From assembly GCA_963677595.1 (NCBI GenBank), contig OY782041.1, positions 448,001 to 512,000 on the forward strand: DNA of 64,000 nucleotides, written 5' to 3'. Below are positions 1-10,126 of this stretch, piece by piece. The notes under the pieces were generated by a model. The model was not told the DNA's origin. It did no database searches and saw nothing but the letters and a program-made list of their open reading frames with translations. Each line of letters begins with the position of its first letter. The stretch's first letter is position 1. Origin of the DNA: Spirochaetia bacterium. Lineage in GTDB: Bacteria > Spirochaetota > Spirochaetia > CAKZLE01. Both the position numbers and the translations under genes were made by a program.

Positions 1-77
1 CAGACTGAAAGGTATCTCTTGTCAGTCTTGATGTAATCGAAACCGAGCTTGTCCCAATCGGGTAATGTGCTTGCCAT
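1..77 (-). CDS. ilvE: 5' end of branched-chain amino acid aminotransferase (runs off window)
   Basis: Manual translation MASTLPDWDKLGFDYIKTDKRYLSV resembles the DWxxLGFxYxxTDxRY N-terminus of IlvE; GGAGAG RBS upstream. Confidence 0.7.
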   Translation of the reverse strand, partial: MASTLPDWDKLGFDYIKTDKRYLSV

Positions 78-240
78 AGATATACTCTCCTTTTTATCAT
101 GTATGAACTGCTGCGATGCGGTATCGCAGTACAAGAATCATACAACAATATGAAAAGCGGTACAATTATCTCAAGAGAATTTCAGTAAAAATATACAGGT
201 TTTATTCTGACTGAACACCGGTGATCTGTCGAGAAAAAGG

Positions 241-945
241 TCAATCCTTCTTAGCGTCACGCTGTTCCTCGAGCCGCTTCTCCATCTCCGGGTTCTTTGC
301 CATGAAGCCGCTGATCGCGTTCGAGAAGGCATTCTGCCTCCTGTCCCGCAGCGTGAAGTACCCGGTTACCGACACGATGATCCCCCCGATGGTATCGATG
401 ATCAGGTCGCCCATGGTGTCATGCAGCCCCGATTTCTGCATATTGGTCCCGAAGAAGAGGTCCATCAGGTATTCGAACACCTCCCAGACCACCCCGCAGG
501 TCACCGCGAAGCAGAGAGCGAAGAATGCGATAAAGAAGGGGGACATGACCACATCAAGACGGGAAGCCTCGTTGAGGATGTAGACCAGGAGGAACCCGAC
601 CATGCCGAGCAGTACCCCGGACCAGCCATGGAGGGCCAGGTCCCACCACCAGAACCGCTCATAGTAGTTGTTGATCTCCCCGAGGAACTGGGCCCCGAAG
701 ATGAAGATGAGCAGTACGATCTGGAATGAGGGAGGGAGACTCACATGGATGCTCCGCTCGAGGATCGAGGGTATGAATGTCAGCAGGAACGATGCTGCAG
801 TCACCGGTACCATCGACCAGTTCCCGGTGACCAGGCTGATCACGAATGCTGCGATGAAGAGGAACCGCAGGAAGTATGCCAGGATGAGATCCCCCCTCTT
901 CAGGAGCCTGCTGCCCCATAACTTTCTTGTCTTACTACCGTTCAT
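241..945 (-). CDS. Integral membrane protein (DUF2238-like)
   Basis: Several TM segments; YYERFWWWDLALH, WEVFEY and DTMGDLIID motifs. Confidence 0.6.
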   Translation of the reverse strand: MNGSKTRKLWGSRLLKRGDLILAYFLRFLFIAAFVISLVTGNWSMVPVTAASFLLTFIPSILERSIHVSLPPSFQIVLLIFIFGAQFLGEINNYYERFWWWDLALHGWSGVLLGMVGFLLVYILNEASRLDVVMSPFFIAFFALCFAVTCGVVWEVFEYLMDLFFGTNMQKSGLHDTMGDLIIDTIGGIIVSVTGYFTLRDRRQNAFSNAISGFMAKNPEMEKRLEEQRDAKKD

Positions 946-976
946 CCTGCTACTTAATCATATTTCCCGGTTAACA

Positions 977-2299
977 TCAATCTCTCCCTGCCCTGCTGCT
1001 CCCGGACACGACATACCCTGCCTTCCGGACAGCTTCTTCCGCCTCAGCGATATCCACATCCCCGTCAATGAAGGCACATCCACCTTCCAGGCTCACATCG
1101 ACGGTCTTCATTCCCGTCACAGTTCGCAAAGCCCTTTCCACACTTGCAGAACAGTGACTGCAGTCCATCCCCTCGATGCCGATCCTCGTCAAGCTGTCAA
1201 CCTTTATCTGGAACTCCTCATCTTCCCCTATCGAGCGTGCTGAGGTACGGAGACGTACCTTTCGAATCAGCACGATGATGAGCATGAGCAGGAAGAAGAT
1301 GGAGACACCGATCTCGAAGATCGTAAACGGATTCTCTCCCGGCAGAAGAGCCTCCGTACTGGAAAAGGGCTGGAGACCAAGTCCTGTATAGATGAAATCC
1401 ATCAAAAAGCCGAAGATCATACTGCCGGTTATGATGGTAACCAGGTACCTGACTGTAGTCTTCTTCCCCAGCATCCGGGTAATGATCGCAAGGGATGCCG
1501 CATTGGTCGCAGGGCCTGCGACGAGGAAGACATAGGCCGCTCCCGGGGAGAGGCCCTTGGCGATCATGGCTACCGCGATCGGGATGCTCGAGGTCGAGCA
1601 GATATACATCGGGATCCCGATCAGTACCATGAGTACCATGCTGATGAGGGGATTCCCTATGACCGACCCGGCAAAGAAATCCTCGGGAATGAGCAGGGTG
1701 ATGGCTGCAGCGATCGCAAGCCCGATGAGGAACTGCACCGCGATGTCATCCAGCAGTTCGAAGAATGCATAATCGAAGATCTTCCTCAGCTTACCAATGA
1801 TCCCGTTCTCTGTCAGAGTTTCCACAGTTACTGCAGGCTTTCCCGTATCCATCTCATCCTTCCGACGGGCAGGGCGGCCTGTCTTCTCGAAAAGGAAATC
1901 CGCGATCCCGCCCAGGGTCCCCATGACGAGGGCTGCCGCTGCCTTGAAGATGGCGAACAATGGTCCGAGCATCCCCCAGGTGGCAGCGATGCTGTCTACC
2001 CCGGTCTGGGGGGTCGATACCAGGAACGAGAGCACAGACGACTTGGACGCCCCTGAGTTCTTCAGGTACACGGCAGTCGGCACCACGCCGCAGGAACAGA
2101 GCGGGAGCGGGACCCCGAAGAGGGCTGCCTTGAATACTGAGGAGACAGTATTCCCCCCGATATGGCGGGAGACGAAGTCCTCCCTGAGGAAGACATGGAG
2201 TACCCCAGCGATGAGGACCCCCAATGTGATGTAAGGAACCATCTCGATGAACAGGAGGACCATCTCACTGAAAAACCGAACGATACTATCTACTACCAT
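977..2299 (-). CDS. Heavy-metal permease (SO_0444/DUF318 type) with C-terminal HMA domain
   Basis: PLPLCSCGVVP, STPQTGVDS and PMYICSTSSIP motifs; C-terminal GMDCSHC metal-binding motif. Confidence 0.85.
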   Translation of the reverse strand: MVVDSIVRFFSEMVLLFIEMVPYITLGVLIAGVLHVFLREDFVSRHIGGNTVSSVFKAALFGVPLPLCSCGVVPTAVYLKNSGASKSSVLSFLVSTPQTGVDSIAATWGMLGPLFAIFKAAAALVMGTLGGIADFLFEKTGRPARRKDEMDTGKPAVTVETLTENGIIGKLRKIFDYAFFELLDDIAVQFLIGLAIAAAITLLIPEDFFAGSVIGNPLISMVLMVLIGIPMYICSTSSIPIAVAMIAKGLSPGAAYVFLVAGPATNAASLAIITRMLGKKTTVRYLVTIITGSMIFGFLMDFIYTGLGLQPFSSTEALLPGENPFTIFEIGVSIFFLLMLIIVLIRKVRLRTSARSIGEDEEFQIKVDSLTRIGIEGMDCSHCSASVERALRTVTGMKTVDVSLEGGCAFIDGDVDIAEAEEAVRKAGYVVSGSSRAGRD

Positions 2300-2314
2300 T
2301 GCTGCGCACCTTCC

Positions 2315-2668
2315 TTATTCATCTGTATGTTCCAGCCCGATGGCAAGGATCGCAGTTATATGATCATCGCTGAGTGAGTAGAAGACATGCTTCCCCTCTT
2401 TGCGGTAGCGAACCAGGCGGACCTGCCTCAGCAGCTTCAGCTGGTGGCTCACGGCAGTCTGCTGTAGTTCAAGCATCCCTGCGATATCATGGACACAGAA
2501 CTCACCCTGCTTCAGCAGGAACAGGATACGAAGTCGTGTCGGATCCCCGAAGATCTTGAAGAACTCCGAGAGGTCCTGCAGCTCCTCATCCACCGGGAGC
2601 TGCTCCCTGAACTGTTCTGCCTCTCCCTCTTCAACACAGCCCCATCTATTCTCTTCCTCTCGTCCCAT
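2315..2668 (-). CDS. ArsR/SmtB family metal-responsive repressor
   Basis: FKIFGDPTRLRIL, EFCVHDIA and AVSHQLKLLR motifs; start moved to ATG 2668 behind a GGAGG RBS. Confidence 0.9.
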   Translation of the reverse strand: MGREEENRWGCVEEGEAEQFREQLPVDEELQDLSEFFKIFGDPTRLRILFLLKQGEFCVHDIAGMLELQQTAVSHQLKLLRQVRLVRYRKEGKHVFYSLSDDHITAILAIGLEHTDE

Positions 2669-2694
2669 GCTTCCTCCATGAATCACTTCATAAT

Positions 2695-2720
2695 TACATA
2701 TGAATATGTGTTCATATGTA
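2695..2720. promoter_or_regulatory. ArsR/SmtB-type operator
   Basis: Inverted repeat TACATATGAA-tatgtg-TTCATATGTA just upstream of the repressor; TGAA-N6-TTCA core typical of SmtB/CadC boxes. Confidence 0.75.
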
Positions 2721-2856
2721 TAATACATAAGCATGATTCCGTTGTCAATACGAACCGGTAAAAACCATGCAAGAATCTTTCCCTCTTCCCTTCCACAGAA
2801 GACCATATCAGGCTATAGTCTTCTTTGGATAACAACACTGGAGGAGTTAACAGCAG

Positions 2857-3918
2857 ATGAGTACAGAAACGATCAGACTGTTATGCGAATTGTCGGACCT
2901 GCATGGATGCCCGAGCGGGGAGCATGCGGTACGTGCCTATATGAAGCAGAGACTGGAACCAGTCTCTGACGAGATCGTCTATGATAACCTCGGTGGCATC
3001 TTCGCCGTCAAGCACTCGGAGAGGACTGATGCACCGCGTCTCATGATGGCAGGCCATATGGACGAAGTCGGGTTCATGGTCATCTCGGTCACTGCAAACG
3101 GGATGCTGCGGGTACGGAACCTCGGGGGTATCTGGGGCAATGCGCTGCTGCAGCAGCGGGTAGTCATACCGGTACAAGGGACCCTGATCCCCGGTCTGAT
3201 CGTACCCTGGACCTCGAGGCCGGACAGTACTGCACCAGTCACGATCGATGATGTCGTCATCGACATCGGTGCCGCCTCTGACCAGGAGGTCGCCGAATGG
3301 GGTATCTACCCAGGCCAGCTGGTCTCCTTCGACACGAAAGCGGTCTTCATGAACAACCAGAAGTACATCATGGGCAAGGCCTGGGACGACCGTGTCGGCT
3401 GCGCGATGGCCATCCAGGTCATGGAAGGGCTCAAAGACGAATCACTCGGATGCGAACTCATCGCCGGCGGGACCGTACAGGAGGAAGCCGGCAGGAGGGG
3501 TGCTGCGGCAGCGGCCGGCCTCATCAAGCCTGACCTCTTCTTCGCCCTGGAAGGGCCTCCTGCCGCTGATATAAGCGGGGACCCGAAAGCCTTCGGCCGC
3601 CTCGGGGAAGGGGTGCAGTTCCGGGTGATCGACAGGGAGTTGCTGTTAAGCCCTGAACTGAGGGACCTCTTCCTCGATATCGCGCATACCCACCACATCC
3701 CCTACCAGTTCTTCATCTCCCCGGGTGGGACGGATGCCGGGATCATCCAGACGACCGGCAGGGGCGTACTCTCATCAGTGATCGGCATCCCTGTCCGCAC
3801 TCCGCACACACCGCAGTCGATCATCCATATCGATGACTACGAGGCGGCAGTGGAGTTCGTCCTGCAGTTCACCAGGGCCTTTGACCGGTCGGTATTCGAG
3901 AGCCTGCTGCCCAGATAG
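2857..3918 (+). CDS. M42 family metallo-aminopeptidase
   Basis: AGHMDEVG, KAWDDRVG, TVQEE and GGTDAG motifs. Confidence 0.9.
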   Translation: MSTETIRLLCELSDLHGCPSGEHAVRAYMKQRLEPVSDEIVYDNLGGIFAVKHSERTDAPRLMMAGHMDEVGFMVISVTANGMLRVRNLGGIWGNALLQQRVVIPVQGTLIPGLIVPWTSRPDSTAPVTIDDVVIDIGAASDQEVAEWGIYPGQLVSFDTKAVFMNNQKYIMGKAWDDRVGCAMAIQVMEGLKDESLGCELIAGGTVQEEAGRRGAAAAAGLIKPDLFFALEGPPAADISGDPKAFGRLGEGVQFRVIDRELLLSPELRDLFLDIAHTHHIPYQFFISPGGTDAGIIQTTGRGVLSSVIGIPVRTPHTPQSIIHIDDYEAAVEFVLQFTRAFDRSVFESLLPR

Positions 3919-3992
3919 GGTCTCCCGCCCATTCGCAACCAGCGGATGGGCCTGCAGTGCCCCTCAGGCACGTGAGAATGCGCAGGAGTCCA

Positions 3993-4967
3993 TCATTCAC
4001 CGGATTTCGATAATCTATCCCAGATCCAGCCGATTCCCAGCAGGACCAATACTCCGCCGTATAGGGCCACCGGAATGAAGGTGATCTCATAGAGGTGCGA
4101 GAACCCCCGTACGAACCCGTAGACCAGCAGGATCATGGCGACATAGGTACTGATAAGGAGTCCAGAATAGAACCTGCCCGGCTTCCAGACATATACTTGT
4201 GTGAAGACGAACATCGCAAGGAACCCGAAGAGGAACATCGGCCAGATCTCATTATGCTTGTATATCGTGATCAGGGTCCCGTGGATGGTCACGAGTGACT
4301 CGAGCAGGACGATCCAGTACCGGTTCAGGTGTGTCTTCGTACCGACGAGCTGGATCTGGGTAAAGAGCAGGAACATGTAGATAAACCCTGAAAGCAGACC
4401 CCAGTTCCCCTCCATGGGATGGAACCAGAAGGTGTAGACGACAGCCCATGAGATGAAGATACCGTGCCGCTTCCTGATGAAGGAGAGCATCTTTGCAGGA
4501 GGTGCGAACCGTTTCCCGAAGAAGAGACCCCTGACGGGGATCATCATATAGAGGATAAGCACCAGCATGACGATGACCGATCCCTGTGACGTCCAGATCG
4601 GGACATCCCGTGCCAACCCGTCATACCAGACATGGGTCTGCAGCAGGTGCAGGAGCACGAAGAAGATGTTGGCAGCCAAGAGCACATACTGTACCCTGCT
4701 GATCTCGTTCTTACCTGATACTCTCACCTTCCTGGCACGCACCACCAGGTACCAGATGACTATCTGATGCAGCAGGTACCCGATGATGTACGAGGCTCTT
4801 ATAGCCCATCCCGTCCGGGCAGTCTGCCAGTAGTACCAGGAGGGTCCCTGGTCAGGTGGTAATGGGTGGAATACCCGCACCAGCCGGGGGCCGAGCAGAA
4901 CCATGACCAGGGTTACCAGCCCATAGGCTCCCAGGGATAGGAGCAGGTATCTCCTGCTGCTGCTCAT
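3993..4967 (-). CDS. Uncharacterised polytopic membrane protein
   Basis: About 9 hydrophobic segments; HLLQTHVWYDGLA and YTFWFHPME motifs; function not recognised. Confidence 0.6.
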   Translation of the reverse strand: MSSSRRYLLLSLGAYGLVTLVMVLLGPRLVRVFHPLPPDQGPSWYYWQTARTGWAIRASYIIGYLLHQIVIWYLVVRARKVRVSGKNEISRVQYVLLAANIFFVLLHLLQTHVWYDGLARDVPIWTSQGSVIVMLVLILYMMIPVRGLFFGKRFAPPAKMLSFIRKRHGIFISWAVVYTFWFHPMEGNWGLLSGFIYMFLLFTQIQLVGTKTHLNRYWIVLLESLVTIHGTLITIYKHNEIWPMFLFGFLAMFVFTQVYVWKPGRFYSGLLISTYVAMILLVYGFVRGFSHLYEITFIPVALYGGVLVLLGIGWIWDRLSKSGE

Positions 4968-4968
4968 A

Positions 4969-5970
4969 TCAGACAAGCTCCCAGAAACCGCTCTTTATCG
5001 AGCGGTAGATCGCATCGATCACCCGCTGGTTCTTCCGTGCATGCTCAAGGGCCCCTGCGAAGGGCACCCCTTCCAGGATGCTTTGCCTGAACGCCTCTGC
5101 CTGCAGGGTGTACTGGTCACAGGTACCGAACGTCTCAAACACACCCATATCCTCAGGCAGGATGCCTGTCAGCTTACTGATCGTGAGCTCCCGGTCATTC
5201 GGGGCATTGAAGGGGGTGTCGAGGGTCAGCACCCCTCTATCCCCGTAGATCCTCATCTGCTGGTAGCCTGATATCTGCATCGAACAGGTGAAGGAAGCCG
5301 TACAGGAGGGGAACTCCATGATGACTGAGGTGACCGAATCGATACCGAGTTCTGGATCGATGACACCCTTGGCCACGAGACGTACCGGCTCCTCCCCGAG
5401 GACCATCCTCATGGTGACCACAGGATAGACCCCGATATCATAGGAGGAACCACCGCCGTAGTCCGGTTTGTTCCGTATATTACCCGGATCGGGATTGTAG
5501 AAACTGAAGAACCCGTCGACGTGACGGACTGTCCCCACTTCACCGGAATTGACCAGCTCCTTCACACGTTTCCATCTCGGGTGGTGGAGGACCATGAAGG
5601 CCTCGCCTGCAAGTAGTCCAGTAGCATCCCGGAGGGAGATCAGCTCATTGATCTCATCGGCATGCAGGGCCATCGGCTTCTCGCACAGGACATGCTTCCC
5701 CGCCTCAAGGCACTTCTTCATCCAGTGGACATGCATATGGTTCGGGAGCGGGATATAGACCGCATCTATACCGGGATCAGCAAGCAACTCCTCGTAGGAG
5801 GAGAAACTCCTCGGAATGCCGAGTTCCGAGGCGACTGCCGCAGCCCGCGCGCCATCGCGTGAAGCGATCGCATCTACCATACAGCCTTCTGCCTTCTGTA
5901 TCGCCGGAATGACCTTCGTCCTGCCGATCTTTGCCGTGCTGAGCACACCCCATCGAATGATCCTGTCCAT
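4969..5970 (-). CDS. Gfo/Idh/MocA family oxidoreductase
   Basis: WGVLSTAKIG, AGKHVLCEKP and DIGVY motifs; RBS before ATG 5970. Confidence 0.9.
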   Translation of the reverse strand: MDRIIRWGVLSTAKIGRTKVIPAIQKAEGCMVDAIASRDGARAAAVASELGIPRSFSSYEELLADPGIDAVYIPLPNHMHVHWMKKCLEAGKHVLCEKPMALHADEINELISLRDATGLLAGEAFMVLHHPRWKRVKELVNSGEVGTVRHVDGFFSFYNPDPGNIRNKPDYGGGSSYDIGVYPVVTMRMVLGEEPVRLVAKGVIDPELGIDSVTSVIMEFPSCTASFTCSMQISGYQQMRIYGDRGVLTLDTPFNAPNDRELTISKLTGILPEDMGVFETFGTCDQYTLQAEAFRQSILEGVPFAGALEHARKNQRVIDAIYRSIKSGFWELV

Positions 5971-6047
5971 TGTCTTCCTCCGAATACTCTTTTTCATTTT
6001 TAGTATACCACAGGAGCGGACAGAAACGGTATACATAACGGGAAGTG

Positions 6048-6078
6048 AAAAAAATGGCTGCCCACGAATGAGCAGCCT
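6048..6078 (-). terminator. Intrinsic terminator
   Basis: GGCTGC/GCAGCC stem followed by a T7 run on the minus strand. Confidence 0.7.
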
Positions 6079-6100
6079 ATAGATTCAATTAAGTGAATTA

Positions 6101-7999
6101 CTATTTCAGAAGCTTGAGGTCGTTCTCCATACCCTTCTGTGCGAAGAATCGTGGTGAAGCGAACCAGTTGTCATCTGCAGCAGCTTCAACAGTACCGAGG
6201 AACTTGTCACCCATCATGAAGCCCTTGATCAGGTCAACTGAGTAGGATGACTTCACTCGTGAAGCGATCTCGCTCTTTGAGAGTCCAACACCTCGTGAGA
6301 GGAATCCGCCGACATCATAAGCTCGGTAAGCGTTGAGGACTACCGTATAGGTCTGGTCTTTCTGGAACTTCTCAGTCGATCCGTCAGCCTTGATGAAGGT
6401 CTTGATGTTGACCTTGTCGCCGGCAGGTTTCTTGACGTCTACGACGTAGTTGATTCCAGCAGCGCTGTCGAAGTTGTAGTAGTCGAGTCCGCCGAGGAGG
6501 TTGTCGTTGATGGTCTTCATCACGTTGAACCAGTTAGCGTATGAGTACTCGAGGTATGCATCGATCTCAGCACCAGTCATCTCTCCGGTATAGAGCCATG
6601 TCTGGTTGCTTTCCAGCCCGAATGCTTCCATCACGTAGAGGGCGTCACGAACAGTGATCGGTCCCTTCTTCAGGGTGATGTTGGCTACTGGAGGAGCAGC
6701 GAATGAGATCTGTGCACCAGTCATCTGCATCTGCAGTGTGTGCATGATATCGACCATAGCGGAGTCGCCGAAGAGTGCATCGTTCGCATCAACGTCATTT
6801 GCAAGGTATCCGATCGGTGTTGACAGGACCTTGTCGAGTTCGTCAAGAGCGAAGCCGAATGCTGCCTTGGCAACGGGGCTTACAGGATAAGCAGCCATGC
6901 TCTGTGATCGGGCTGTTACCTTTGCGACATCGAACTTCTTTGAAGCCTTGTCCCATGAGAGGACCAGGTCAGCAGTAGCTACTGACTTAGCATCTTCCAT
7001 GGCACCGACAACGTAGATAGTCTCGCCGTCAGGGTTGACAGCCTTTACAGTCTTGGTACCGGCGATCACGAGGTCGAGGCCTCGAACCTGCTCAGCAACC
7101 TTGATACCGTCATCTGAACCTTCTGTCTGGCAGAGGGCGATGATCACATCAGGATTGACCTTAGCCTGGATGACAGGAACCATCTTCTTGGCTGCGGTGA
7201 CCATGTCTGCGATCTCGATGCCTGCGCCGGCAGGAACAGCGATTGACGGAGAAGTCAGGCCCATGACTGCGATAGTCGCACCGTTTTTCTCGATCACTGC
7301 ATATCGGAATCCTTCGAAGTTCCTTCCTGACTGTGAGCTTACGACGTTAGCTCCGATCCAGGGGAAGGCTGAGTCTGAACCGATCTGGAAGAGTACTTCA
7401 GCACCCATGGCTGCATCGAGTGCGCCGGGGACTGCAGCATCATAAGCCATAGCGTTCATGACAGCAGGTACGATATTGTGTGAAGCGGGATACAGGAGGT
7501 TGTTGGCATCTACCAACAGGCTTCCCTGCATGACGTTACCACCATCCAGGAGAACGACGCCCTGTGATTTATCGCCTCGTTCCTCTTCGATGAAGGAATA
7601 GATCTGAGCAAGTGAAGTATCAGCTGCCCGACCTGTTACCAGGTTATCAGGGAATAGCTTGCCCTGAATGTCCATCGTTGCGATAACCTTGATATTGATA
7701 TCTTCAATAACTGGTTCTGGTGCCGGAGCTGGTTCCGGAGCTGGTGCCGGAGCTGGTGCTGGCTCAGGTTCTGGTGCTGGTTCCGGAGCAGGAGCAGGTT
7801 CTGGCGCTGGTGCTGGTTCCGGAGCAGGTGCCGGTTCTGGTTTCGGAGCTGGCGCAGGAGCTGGTGCTGGTTCAGCTGCCTTGACCTCTTCGGTCGCAAC
7901 CTGTACTGGCTCTTCCTCAGGAGCAGTAGTATTACATCCGGCTAGGGATATGATCAAAACTAAGCCGACCATCAAACGCAAGAGTGTTTGCTTCTTCAT
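6101..7999 (-). CDS. Lipoprotein with 2',3'-cyclic phosphodiesterase/5'-nucleotidase fold and a degenerate active site
   Basis: Lipobox LAGC, Pro/Ala/Glu linker, metallophosphoesterase-like domain, 5'-nucleotidase C-domain (YNFDSAAGINY, NAYRA); canonical metal ligands substituted. Confidence 0.75.
   Translation of the reverse strand: MKKQTLLRLMVGLVLIISLAGCNTTAPEEEPVQVATEEVKAAEPAPAPAPAPKPEPAPAPEPAPAPEPAPAPEPAPEPEPAPAPAPAPEPAPAPEPVIEDINIKVIATMDIQGKLFPDNLVTGRAADTSLAQIYSFIEEERGDKSQGVVLLDGGNVMQGSLLVDANNLLYPASHNIVPAVMNAMAYDAAVPGALDAAMGAEVLFQIGSDSAFPWIGANVVSSQSGRNFEGFRYAVIEKNGATIAVMGLTSPSIAVPAGAGIEIADMVTAAKKMVPVIQAKVNPDVIIALCQTEGSDDGIKVAEQVRGLDLVIAGTKTVKAVNPDGETIYVVGAMEDAKSVATADLVLSWDKASKKFDVAKVTARSQSMAAYPVSPVAKAAFGFALDELDKVLSTPIGYLANDVDANDALFGDSAMVDIMHTLQMQMTGAQISFAAPPVANITLKKGPITVRDALYVMEAFGLESNQTWLYTGEMTGAEIDAYLEYSYANWFNVMKTINDNLLGGLDYYNFDSAAGINYVVDVKKPAGDKVNIKTFIKADGSTEKFQKDQTYTVVLNAYRAYDVGGFLSRGVGLSKSEIASRVKSSYSVDLIKGFMMGDKFLGTVEAAADDNWFASPRFFAQKGMENDLKLLK
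7711..7876 (-). repeat. Coding low-complexity repeat (EPAPAP)n
   Basis: Imperfect tandem repeats encoding PEPAPA units. Confidence 0.9.
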
Positions 8000-8457
8000 G
8001 TATTCCCCCTAAATTCATTGTTGTTTCTGTAGTATAACATGATTATGATATAAGGCTTGAAAAAGATAATCAAGCTTTTTCCTTGTTTTTTACGATTCTA
8101 CAGAACATTCACTTTGTATTATCTATCTTAAAAGATATTTTGTAAACCACAATACGAAAAAATCACATTCCGTACCGCGGCTTACAATATTAAAGCTCTC
8201 TGGGAAAATCTGGTTACACTGAAGTATGAAAAACATTGTTTAACTAGTCCAGAACGCAGAAAAGACCTATATCCGATAACGAGTTACCTCGAAGAATTTT
8301 TTTTAGGTTTTTTGGCGGGAAACTTCAAATCATGCTGCAATCAATATATTTCTGGACAATCACACAGCAAAAGTAAGGTCCAAGATAAAAACGACCTGAT
8401 GATGCTTCATTCTTTTTCTGAGCTGGTACTCTTTGTTGTGATGCAGATGATTCCTGC

Positions 8458-9693
8458 CTATCCAACCTCCGGGAGCTCTGACCAGCAGGTCGTGTAGCGG
8501 GACGAGAGCAGGGCGCGCCTCATCCGCCACTCCTCGCTGCGGCCGGGGCTGCGGCAGGTGATCACATCCCGGCCGTAGAGTTCCTGCAGGCGGTAGACCG
8601 CCTCAGCCGCCCTCCTCCGCTTCTCCCTCCCCTCATCGAAGAAGTCGGGCTGGTAATGGTCCGTCCCGTCGATCTCATGGAGGTAGATCCCGACCTTCGT
8701 GTAGGGAAGACCCTCGAGGAAGATGGCATGGAGTCCCCTCACCGCAGGCCCCACGATATCAGGGAGGTAGCAGGTTGACCTCGGCAGCCTCATGCTGATG
8801 CTGTTCCCGTAGTAGGAGGGTTTGTGCCGGTGGGTCTGGAGAAATACAGTGATCATCATCGCTTCCGACCCCTGGTCCTGGAGCTTCCGCACGGCCGTCG
8901 CCGCATAGGAGACGAGCGCCGTCTCGATGGCGTAGAGGTCAGTGAGCTCCTCGCTGAACCCGAGGGAGGAGAGGATACCCTTCCGGTCCGGCCTCTCGAC
9001 CTCCCGCTCGATCGCATGGGTGCCCCTGAGCTCCCAGACCGTCCGGAGCGTGGTGAACGTCAGGTGTCTGCGGACCCAGTCATCCTGGCACTGGCGCAGG
9101 TCCCAGGCAGTGATGACCCCCTTCGTGAAGAGGAACCTCGCCTTCCGCGTCCCGATCCCCCAGACATCAATGAGGTTAAGCCCTTTCAGGACCCCCTCCT
9201 CCTCATCGTCCCGCAGCAGGAAGACACCGCTGCCCCGCTTCGCATACCGGTTGGCGATCTTCGCCAGCGTCTTCGTCCTGCCGAAGCCGACGGAGACGGG
9301 GATACCCGTCTGCATCCGGACCGCGGCCCTGATCTCGCCGCCCAGCCTCACCAGGGCGGGGCAGTCCGCGCTGCTGAAGAGGAAGGCCTCATCGATGGAA
9401 TATACCTCGACAGGGTCCCCGAAGGACCTGATCACCTCCATCACCCGGTTGGAGAGGTCCTGGTAGAGCGTGTAGTTCGAGGAGAATACCGCCGCCCCGC
9501 AGGATGCGAGCTGGTCCCGTACCTGGAAGTAGGGGGCGCCCCTCCGTACCCCAAGCTGCTTGAGCTCGCTGCTCATGGCCACGATGCACCCGTCGTTGTT
9601 GGAGAGGACCGCTACCGGGACCCCTGCGAGGTCGGGGCGGAAGACACGTTCACAGGAGGCATAGAAGCTGTTGCAGTCGATGAGCCCGACCAT
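8458..9693 (-). CDS. umuC: Y-family DNA polymerase V catalytic subunit
   Basis: LIDCNSFYASCE, VLSNNDGC, SSNYTLY and YSIDEAF motifs; C-terminal WRMRRALLSSRYTT. Confidence 0.95.
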   Translation of the reverse strand: MVGLIDCNSFYASCERVFRPDLAGVPVAVLSNNDGCIVAMSSELKQLGVRRGAPYFQVRDQLASCGAAVFSSNYTLYQDLSNRVMEVIRSFGDPVEVYSIDEAFLFSSADCPALVRLGGEIRAAVRMQTGIPVSVGFGRTKTLAKIANRYAKRGSGVFLLRDDEEEGVLKGLNLIDVWGIGTRKARFLFTKGVITAWDLRQCQDDWVRRHLTFTTLRTVWELRGTHAIEREVERPDRKGILSSLGFSEELTDLYAIETALVSYAATAVRKLQDQGSEAMMITVFLQTHRHKPSYYGNSISMRLPRSTCYLPDIVGPAVRGLHAIFLEGLPYTKVGIYLHEIDGTDHYQPDFFDEGREKRRRAAEAVYRLQELYGRDVITCRSPGRSEEWRMRRALLSSRYTTCWSELPEVG

Positions 9694-9697
9694 CACC

Positions 9698-10126
9698 CTA
9701 CCCCTGGCGGAACTGCCGCACCACGGAGGTCACGACCCCGAAGAGGAGGAAATCCTCCTCCGGCCCGATGACGATCGGGTCGAACCGGTCGTTCTCCGGC
9801 TGGAGAATGACCTGCCCGCTCCGCCTGAAGAACCGCTTCACGGTGAACTCCCCGCCCACGGAGGCCACCACGATATCGCGGTTGGAGGGTTGGAGGGACC
9901 TGTCCACCACGATGATGTCCCCCGGGTATATCCCGGCCCCGAGCATGGACTCACCTGAGACCCTGAGGCAGTAGGTGGAAGCCTTCCGACGGATGAGCAG
10001 TTCATTGAAGTCCAGGCCGTCCTCGGCATAATCTGCCGCAGGGGACGGGAATCCTGCATGGATCGGGGAGATATAGAGAGGGACCGTGATCCGGCTCAGT
10101 TCGCTTCTCAACAATATACTTAACAT
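9698..10126 (-). CDS. umuD: DNA polymerase V accessory subunit (S24 peptidase)
   Basis: AGFPSPA cleavage site, SGESM catalytic Ser, TVKR catalytic Lys. Confidence 0.95.
   Translation of the reverse strand: MLSILLRSELSRITVPLYISPIHAGFPSPAADYAEDGLDFNELLIRRKASTYCLRVSGESMLGAGIYPGDIIVVDRSLQPSNRDIVVASVGGEFTVKRFFRRSGQVILQPENDRFDPIVIGPEEDFLLFGVVTSVVRQFRQG

Noticed and set aside
7711-7876. Repeats as a possible CRISPR array, or the Gly/Ala/Ser-rich + strand ORF 7668-8012
   Set aside because: In-frame coding repeat of the minus-strand lipoprotein; no unique spacers and no cas genes.
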